15,656 nt of DNA from Gemmatimonadales bacterium. Its GTDB lineage: Bacteria; Gemmatimonadota; Gemmatimonadetes; Gemmatimonadales; GWC2-71-9. How positions within the stretch are numbered: position 1 is the first letter of the stretch; every line of letters starts with the position of its first letter. Shown in pieces: positions 8,233 to 15,656 of this stretch. The notes beneath the pieces were generated by a model. The model did not search any database and was not told the DNA's origin. It saw nothing but the letters and a program-made list of their open reading frames with translations. A program made the position numbers and the translations under genes. The DNA lies in the NCBI GenBank assembly GCA_038321865.1, contig JBBQFH010000046.1, positions 1 to 15,656 of the forward strand, given 5' to 3'.

Positions 8233-8248
8233 TGCAAGGCGGGTACCG
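8233..8248 (-). promoter_or_regulatory. Sigma54 -24/-12 promoter upstream of wzc
   Basis: Minus strand reads CGGTACCCGCCTTGCA (GG-N10-GC, TTGCA), about 64 nt upstream of the ATG. Confidence 0.6.
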
Positions 8249-8375
8249 CTACGTCAGACGTCACACAGGGGTGCGAATAAACCACAGTTGCAGTAGTTTG
8301 CCTGCCCGAACTGCGCTTTGAGTGCCTCGGCCCTGGTGCAACGAAACGACGCACTGTCGTACCGCCGCAACACCA

Positions 8376-8391
8376 CGGCATGCTTGTTGCT
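8376..8391 (+). promoter_or_regulatory. Sigma54 -24/-12 promoter upstream of the NtrC-family regulator
   Basis: CGGCATGCTTGTTGCT closely matches the consensus YGGCACGN4TTGCW, about 100 nt upstream of ATG 8493. Confidence 0.68.
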
Positions 8392-8492
8392 TGACAGAGG
8401 CATCACCCTGTTGTATCGAAGTTACTAGTCTCGCTGCCGGCCTCGTAAAACCGAGGCGGTGGCCCGTCAACAGTGCGATGTGAGGAGCACAT

Positions 8493-10012
<1,520 letters not shown>

Positions 10013-10016
<4 letters not shown>

Positions 10017-11176
10017 GCGTCAACGTCGCACGCGACACCGGATCGAGCGGCGAACGCCGCCGCGCGGTCGCCCCGCTCTCCGCCTGGGATCCGGAGGGTC
10101 CGACGGACGGGACGATCGCGCCGGCGTTGTGGGAGACGCTCCGGATGGCGGTGGAGTGCGTCCAGCGCGACTGGCACAAGGTGGTGGAGGATGCCGCCTC
10201 GCCCGACGAGGCGGTGGCCCATCTGGCCTGCGTCTCCGCCGCGGTGCGCGAGTCGGTATGCGGGCTCGAGTCCTCCCTCGCCGACATGCCGCACACCGTG
10301 CTTGCGCGGCGGCTCGTCGCGCTGGTCCGGACCGAATTCCTGAGCCGGCTGGGCCCGCCGTCGCCGGCGCCCGACGCGCATCAGCTGCTGCGCATCCTCC
10401 GCGGCATCGAGTGCGTGGCCGCCGAGCTCGAGCCGGACTGGACGCAGCATCTCGCCGACCGCTTGTCGGGCCCGGACGGGCTCGAGCTGGTGGTCGAAGT
10501 GGCGCACGACCTGCGGTCGCCGCTGACCTCGATCCTCTTCCTGGCCGAGACGCTGCAGCGCGCGCGGAGCGGGCCGGTCAACCCGGTGCAGGAACGGCAG
10601 CTGGGGCTGATCTACAGCGCGGCATTCGGGCTGAGCTCGATGGCCAGCGACGTGATCGAGCTCGCCCGCGGCGGGGACCGGCTGGTGGACCTGGACCCGA
10701 TTCCGTTTTCCGTCGCCGATATCCTCGAGTCGGTGCGTGACATCGTCCTGCCGATCGCGGAGGAGAAATCTCTCGACGTGCGTCTCTCGCCCCCGGCGAC
10801 CGACTTCCGCATCGGCCACCCGGTCGCGCTGAGCCGGGTGCTGCTCAACCTGACGACCAACGCGCTCAAGTTCACCAACGAAGGCTACGTCGAGGTCGTG
10901 GTGGGGGAGAGCGGGACGGAGCACGTGGAGTTCTCGGTGCGGGACACCGGCCGCGGCATCCCGCCGCAGTCGATGGCCACGCTGTTCGAGCCGTTCCGGC
11001 GCCGGCAGAAGCAGGGTGAGTACGCCTTCTCCGGCTCGGGGCTCGGCCTGTCCATCTGTCGCAAGCTGGTCGAAGCGATGGGCTCGGTGCTCGAGGTGGA
11101 AACCTCCCCGGGCTTCGGCACCCGCTTCTACTTCACCCTGCGACTCCCGCTGACCGACCTCCAGGCCGACGGCTGA
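10013..11176 (+). CDS. Cytoplasmic sensor histidine kinase (HisKA + HATPase_c, 387 aa)
   Basis: H-box VAHDLRSPL, N-box LLNLTTNALKF, G1 DTGRGI, F-box FEPF, G2 GSGLGLSI. GTG start overlaps the regulator stop (GTGA) with a GAGGA RBS. No TM segment seen. Confidence 0.92.
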
Positions 11177-11457
11177 TCCCACCCTACCCGTAGCCCGCGC
11201 ACCGGTCTACTTTTACCCGGCTGCGCAGATTGGAGGCGCTTCGGCGACCCGGCCGATGACGCTACGCGCGGCTGCAGCGTGGCTCGTGGCGCGGGCGTCC
11301 GTGCGGACGCCCCCATTCGTGTCGAACCCGTCTGGGTTCGGCGCGCACATTGTCCATAGCAGGCTCTGACTGCGCGCCCGGTGGCGGCGCCAGCCCGCCG
11401 ACCGGGTCCGGCAGGGCGGGCCGTACACCGGAGCGCGGTCCGGCCGGAACCCACATC

Positions 11458-13122
11458 GTGACCTACCCGCACCTGCGTCCCGGCCGAACGGCCGAGCTCG
11501 CCCTCCACGCGCCCAACGCGGCGCTCCTGATCGATTTCGACAACGTCACGCTCGGCATTCAGTCCGACCTGACGAAGGAGCTGCGCACCCTCCTCAACAG
11601 CGACATCATCAAGGGGAAGGTCGCCGTTCAGCGCGCCTACGCCGACTGGCGCCGCTATCCGCAGTACATCGCGCCGCTCTCCGCCTCATCGATCGATCTC
11701 ATCTTCGCGCCGGCGTTCGGCTCGACCAAGAAGAACGCGACCGACATCCGGCTCGCGATCGACGCGATCGAGCTGGTGTTCACCCGGCCCGAGATCGGCA
11801 CGTTCATCATCATGTCGGGCGACAGCGACTTCTCGACGATGGTGATCAAGCTGAAGGAGTACGGCAAGTACGTGATCGGCGTGGGCATCCGCGAGTCGGC
11901 CAGCGACCTGCTGATCCAGAACTGCGACGAGTACTTCTCCTACAACGATCTGGCCGGACTCACCAAGGAAGTCGAGCCGGGCGCGTCCACGCGGGATCCC
12001 TGGGAACTGGCGAAGGAAGCCGTGGCCCAGATGGCGCGGAACGGCGACGTGATGCGCTCCGACCGGCTCAAGCAGGTCATGCAGCAGATCGACCGCAACT
12101 TCGACGAGAAAAACGCGGGCTTCAGTCGCTTCAGCAAGTTCGTTCTCGAGGCGGGCCAGAAGGGCGTGCTGCAGGTTACCAAGCTCGAAAACGGACAATT
12201 CGAGGTGGCGCCCCTCGCCGGCGCGGCGAACGGGCGTGCGGCGGCTCCGGCCGCCGCACCCCGCGAAGGGTCGCGCGAGCCCCGCGAGGAGGGGGCACGG
12301 GGCGGCCGCGGTCGCGGTCGGGGGCGTGGCCGGGGCCGAGGCGAGGGCGGTGAACGCACTCCCGCGGCGGCCACACCCGCTCCAGCCGCGGCGGCACCGG
12401 CGCGCTCTGGCGGGACGCTCACGCTGGCGAAGGCGTTCCAGCTCCTGTCGGACGCGCTGGCAGAATTCCGCGGACCGGTCACGCACAACCAGGTGCGCCT
12501 GCGGATGATCGCGCTCCACGGACGGGAGGACGCGCTCCTCGATGCGGCGCGGTTTGCGCGGCTCCTGAGGCAGGCCAACGACGCCGAAGTCGCGGATGTG
12601 CGCCAGGTCGGCGACGACGAGTTCGAGGTCACGGCGCACAAGCGCGACGAACGCCAGCGGACGCCGCGCTCCGCCGCGCCGGCCGCCGAGGCCGGGGCAA
12701 CAGCGGAGCCGGTCACGTCAGCGGCCGCGGAGCCGGCGGTGGTACCAGAGTCGAACGGCAGGGCAACTCCGGCTGCCGCGCCCGAGACACCGACGGCGAC
12801 GGTGCGCGACAGCACTCAGCGCATGGGCGTACGCTTTCGGCGGGGCTCACGCTCGCCCTCGCGGCTGGGCGATGTCCCGCTGATCGGCGTCGTCCGCGGC
12901 GACGCTCCGCTGGCGCACACGCCCGCTCCGGCGGTCGCGGCGGAGGAGCCGGCCTCGGCACCGGCGGCTGCAAAGGCGAAAGGCCGGCAGCCGCGGGCGA
13001 AGGCAGCCAAGTCGACGCGGGCCAAGCCGGCCGTAGCGCCGGCCGAGGATGCGGCGCCGGCAGCGAAGCCGAAGGCGCCCAGACGGCCCGCTCGACCCCG
13101 GGCGGCCAAGAAGGCAGAGTGA
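11458..13122 (+). CDS. NYN (LabA/DUF88, PIN-like) domain protein with OST-HTH/LOTUS domain and low-complexity tails
   Basis: IDFDN, RAYADW, KNATDIRLAIDA, SGDSDF and YVIGVG motifs; LOTUS-like LKQVMQQIDRNFDEKNAGFSRFSKFV. Start uncertain; GTG 11458 was chosen. Confidence 0.88.
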   Translation: MTYPHLRPGRTAELALHAPNAALLIDFDNVTLGIQSDLTKELRTLLNSDIIKGKVAVQRAYADWRRYPQYIAPLSASSIDLIFAPAFGSTKKNATDIRLAIDAIELVFTRPEIGTFIIMSGDSDFSTMVIKLKEYGKYVIGVGIRESASDLLIQNCDEYFSYNDLAGLTKEVEPGASTRDPWELAKEAVAQMARNGDVMRSDRLKQVMQQIDRNFDEKNAGFSRFSKFVLEAGQKGVLQVTKLENGQFEVAPLAGAANGRAAAPAAAPREGSREPREEGARGGRGRGRGRGRGRGEGGERTPAAATPAPAAAAPARSGGTLTLAKAFQLLSDALAEFRGPVTHNQVRLRMIALHGREDALLDAARFARLLRQANDAEVADVRQVGDDEFEVTAHKRDERQRTPRSAAPAAEAGATAEPVTSAAAEPAVVPESNGRATPAAAPETPTATVRDSTQRMGVRFRRGSRSPSRLGDVPLIGVVRGDAPLAHTPAPAVAAEEPASAPAAAKAKGRQPRAKAAKSTRAKPAVAPAEDAAPAAKPKAPRRPARPRAAKKAE

Positions 13123-13721
13123 CGAGTATCCGACGGGCAGCGACGCTGCCCGTCGCTTTTTTCGCCCGGCCGGCGGACGTGGTCGCGCGCGAGCTGCTGG
13201 GCGCGGTGATGGTGTCGCGGCTCGGGGGGAGCGTGACCCGGGGCCGGATCGTCGAGACCGAGGCGTACCTCGGCCACGACGATCCGGCGGCGCACGGCTA
13301 CCTGGGACGCAGGAACGCGCGCAACGCGGCGATCTTCGGCCCAGCCGGCTCCTGGTACGTCTATCTCTCGTACGGCATGCACTGGTGCGCGAACCTGGTG
13401 TGCGCCCGCGAGGGGGAAGCCGCGGCTGTGCTGATCCGCGCCCTGGAACCGCTCGACGGCCTCGACGCGATGCGCGCGCGCCGAGGCGGCGTCGGCGACC
13501 ATCAGCTGTGCTCGGGACCGGGCAAGCTGTGCCAGGCGCTCGGCATCACGCGCGCGCTGGACGGGCAGATGATGGCCGCTTCGGACGTGGGTGTGGCGGA
13601 GGGTGATCCGATCGAGCCCGCGGTCGTATCGGCGACGCCGCGCGTGGGGATCAGCAAGGCGGCGGACTGGCCACTCCGGTTCGTGATCGCCGGGTCACGC
13701 TGGGCGTCGCGCCGCAGCTGA
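13119..13721 (+). CDS. mpg: DNA-3-methyladenine glycosylase (MPG/AAG family)
   Basis: VARELLG, GRIVETEAY, YVYLSYGMHWCAN, AVLIRALEP, GPGKLCQALGI and PRVGIS motifs. GTGA overlap with the NYN gene. Confidence 0.95.
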   Translation: MTSIRRAATLPVAFFARPADVVARELLGAVMVSRLGGSVTRGRIVETEAYLGHDDPAAHGYLGRRNARNAAIFGPAGSWYVYLSYGMHWCANLVCAREGEAAAVLIRALEPLDGLDAMRARRGGVGDHQLCSGPGKLCQALGITRALDGQMMAASDVGVAEGDPIEPAVVSATPRVGISKAADWPLRFVIAGSRWASRRS

Positions 13722-13738
13722 TCGGGGTAGTGTGAATG

Positions 13739-13772
13739 ACGAAGGGCCCGCGCCGGAGCGCGGGCCCTTCGT
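13739..13772. terminator. Bidirectional terminator hairpin between convergent genes
   Basis: Perfect 15-bp inverted repeat ACGAAGGGCCCGCGC-cgga-GCGCGGGCCCTTCGT, followed by TT. Confidence 0.75.
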
Positions 13773-13773
13773 T

Positions 13774-13793
13774 TACGTGCGGGTACGTGCGGG
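13774..13793 (+). repeat. 10-bp tandem duplication
   Basis: TACGTGCGGG occurs twice directly after the hairpin. Confidence 0.7.
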
Positions 13794-13799
13794 GTTCGA

Positions 13800-14498
13800 T
13801 CAGTACCCGCTGATCGATTCGCGCGAGCTGCCGAGGCTGAAGCGGAGGCCGCCGGAGAGACTGTGGGTATAGCCCTCGATCAGGCGGCCGGAGGCGACCA
13901 CGGTCTGGTTCGCCCCGGTGCCGGTCACGACGTTCTGGTTGCGGGCACCGGTCGTGATCTGATACTGGCCGAAGGCCATCAGCCGGCCGATATGAAACTG
14001 AAGGCCGCCGACCAGCGTGCCGAAACCGCTGCTGCCGACCGAGCGGGCGTAGGACGCCTCCTCGGGAGTGGTCGTCGCCACGGGCTGCGGATTCACGACC
14101 TGCAGCAGCCCCACGCCGATGCCGACGAACGGCTGCATCGGTCCGCGCACCGGGAAGGCCATCAGCACCGCCGAATACCGGCGCACGTCGTTGAAGGTCA
14201 CCGGCTCGGTGCCGCCCGGCGCATTGGTGGACGAGAAGCTGCTGGTCTGATTCTTCGCCACCATCTCATCGACGGAGAGCATGAGGCCCGTGCGGCGCGC
14301 CTTGATGACCGTCTGGGCGCCGGCCATGAAGTTCCCGCCGCGGCTCTGGGTCGGCGTCTTGTAGATCAGGACACCGGCCTGGCCACCGACGTACCACTGG
14401 AAGTTGTCCCCGCGGTGGAGGTCCTGCGCGGACAGCGCGGACGCGCCGATTCCGGCGACCAACGCAACCATCGGGATGCTGCGGCTGAGCACGCTCAT
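13800..14498 (-). CDS. Secreted protein, probable small outer-membrane beta-barrel (OmpA/OmpW-like fold; 232 aa)
   Basis: AGGAG RBS; Sec signal ending ALSA|Q; alternating beta-strands (WYVGGQAG, QPFVGIGVG, VGGLQFHIG, LSGGLRFSL). Confidence 0.72.
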   Translation of the reverse strand: MSVLSRSIPMVALVAGIGASALSAQDLHRGDNFQWYVGGQAGVLIYKTPTQSRGGNFMAGAQTVIKARRTGLMLSVDEMVAKNQTSSFSSTNAPGGTEPVTFNDVRRYSAVLMAFPVRGPMQPFVGIGVGLLQVVNPQPVATTTPEEASYARSVGSSGFGTLVGGLQFHIGRLMAFGQYQITTGARNQNVVTGTGANQTVVASGRLIEGYTHSLSGGLRFSLGSSRESISGY

Positions 14499-14708
14499 CG
14501 ACCAGTCTCCTGAATGTTGGCGCGCCACCTGCCGGCGCGTGCGGCATTGCGGGACGCCGGCGTGGACGGGCGGCCACCGGGAAATCCGCGACTGCACTTG
14601 GAAAACGCGAGGGGCTGTACCGGACTGCTGGGGCGGTGTATCCCGTTTCTGGTCAATACCTTGCGAAGATACCACCAGGGATCGAACCACCCCGCCGGGA
14701 TGCCGAAG

Positions 14709-14724
14709 TGCAAAGACCGGGCCC
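14709..14724 (-). promoter_or_regulatory. Possible sigma54 promoter for the beta-barrel gene
   Basis: Minus strand reads GGGCCCGGTCTTTGCA (GG-N10-GC with GGC.CG and TTGCA), about 210 nt upstream of ATG 14498. Confidence 0.35.
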
Positions 14725-14740
14725 GCCGGGCGCTGGTGGG

Positions 14741-15655
14741 CTAGATGAGGCGGAGCCGGGTGCCGACCTTCCGGAAGGCGGCCAGCGCCTGGTCGAGATC
14801 CTGGCGGGTGTGTGCGGCGGAGACCTGGCACCGCACGCGGGCCTGGCCCTGGGGAACGACGGGGAAGCCGAAGCCGGTGACGAACACGCCTTCGTCGAGC
14901 ATCATGTCGCTCATGCGGATCGCGGCCGACGTCTCGCCGAGGATTACGGGGATGATCGGTGTCTCACCAGCGAGCGGCTTGAAGCCGAGCGCGCTCAGCT
15001 GGTCGCGGAAGTAGCGCGCGTTGTCCCGCAGTCGGGTCACGCGCTCCGGACTGGACTCGAGCACTTCGATACTGGCGAGGGCGCTGGCCGCGACGGTCGG
15101 CGGAAGGGCGTTGGAGAACAGCTGCGGCCGGGCGCGCTGGGTCAGGTAATCGCACACCGATTCGGACGCGGCCACGAAGCCTCCGGCCGCGCCGCCGAGT
15201 GCCTTGCCCAGCGTCGACGTGATGATGTCGATCTCGCCGAGCATGCCGAAGTGCTCGGCCGTTCCGCGCCCGGTGGCGCCGAGGACGCCGGTGGCATGGG
15301 AATCATCCACGACGAGAATCGCGTCATGCTTCCGGCACAGGGCCACGAGGTCCGGCAGCTTCGCGATCGCACCTTCCATCGAGAACACGCCGTCGGTGAT
15401 CACCATGCGCACCCGCCGGTCCCGCGCGGCCGCGAGCTTCGCATCGAGATCGTCGAGGTCGGCGTGCCGGTAGACGGCGGTCTGGCACTTGGTGATCGCC
15501 TTGGCGAGACGGATGCCGTCGATGATGGACGCGTGGTTGAGCTGGTCGCTGATGACCAGGTCGTTCTCGCCGAGGAGCGTGCCGGGGGTCGCCTCGTTGG
15601 CGTTCCAGCAGCTCACGAAACTCAGTGATGCCGGCGCGCCCACCAGCCGGGCGCA
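14741..15655 (-). CDS. kbl: Glycine C-acetyltransferase (2-amino-3-ketobutyrate CoA ligase); 5' end lies outside the window
   Basis: PLP class II motifs SDQLNHASIIDGIRL, TDGVFSMEG, DDSHATG, TLGKALGGAAGGF, QRARPQLFSN and FPVVPQGQARVRCQVSAAH. The frame is open to the window edge. Confidence 0.9.
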   Translation of the reverse strand, partial: CARLVGAPASLSFVSCWNANEATPGTLLGENDLVISDQLNHASIIDGIRLAKAITKCQTAVYRHADLDDLDAKLAAARDRRVRMVITDGVFSMEGAIAKLPDLVALCRKHDAILVVDDSHATGVLGATGRGTAEHFGMLGEIDIITSTLGKALGGAAGGFVAASESVCDYLTQRARPQLFSNALPPTVAASALASIEVLESSPERVTRLRDNARYFRDQLSALGFKPLAGETPIIPVILGETSAAIRMSDMMLDEGVFVTGFGFPVVPQGQARVRCQVSAAHTRQDLDQALAAFRKVGTRLRLI

Positions 15656-15656
15656 G

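Noticed and set aside
13800..14498. Beta-barrel as the EPS secretion porin partnering the short OPX protein
   Set aside because: At 232 aa it is too small for the 18-stranded barrels known in that role, and it is separated from the locus by unrelated genes.

Overview
High-GC bacterial genomic DNA; the style of the PEP-CTERM tail and the gene content suggest Gemmatimonadota, which is an inference only. Bases 1-11.2 kb form a cell-surface locus. It holds the 3' end of a PEP-CTERM protein (DUF4114-like motif), a 4-TM membrane protein, and a minus-strand operon (Wza/SLBB export protein, priming sugar-phosphate transferase, exosortase, EpsI). It also holds an unannotated 57-aa ORF, an atypical REC plus degenerate-GGDEF protein with an intact RxxD I-site, and a Wzc-type tyrosine autokinase. 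Divergent from wzc is an NtrC-family sigma54 activator coupled to a soluble histidine kinase, with back-to-back sigma54 (-24/-12) promoter motifs between them. The remainder encodes an NYN/LOTUS putative RNase with RG-repeat and histone-like tails, a 3-methyladenine DNA glycosylase, a small outer-membrane beta-barrel-like protein and a truncated kbl. The best candidate for an undescribed system is a PEP-CTERM/exosortase-EPS module wired to a non-PrsK cytoplasmic two-component system and a probable c-di-GMP receptor. No rRNA, tRNA, CRISPR array or mobile element was seen.
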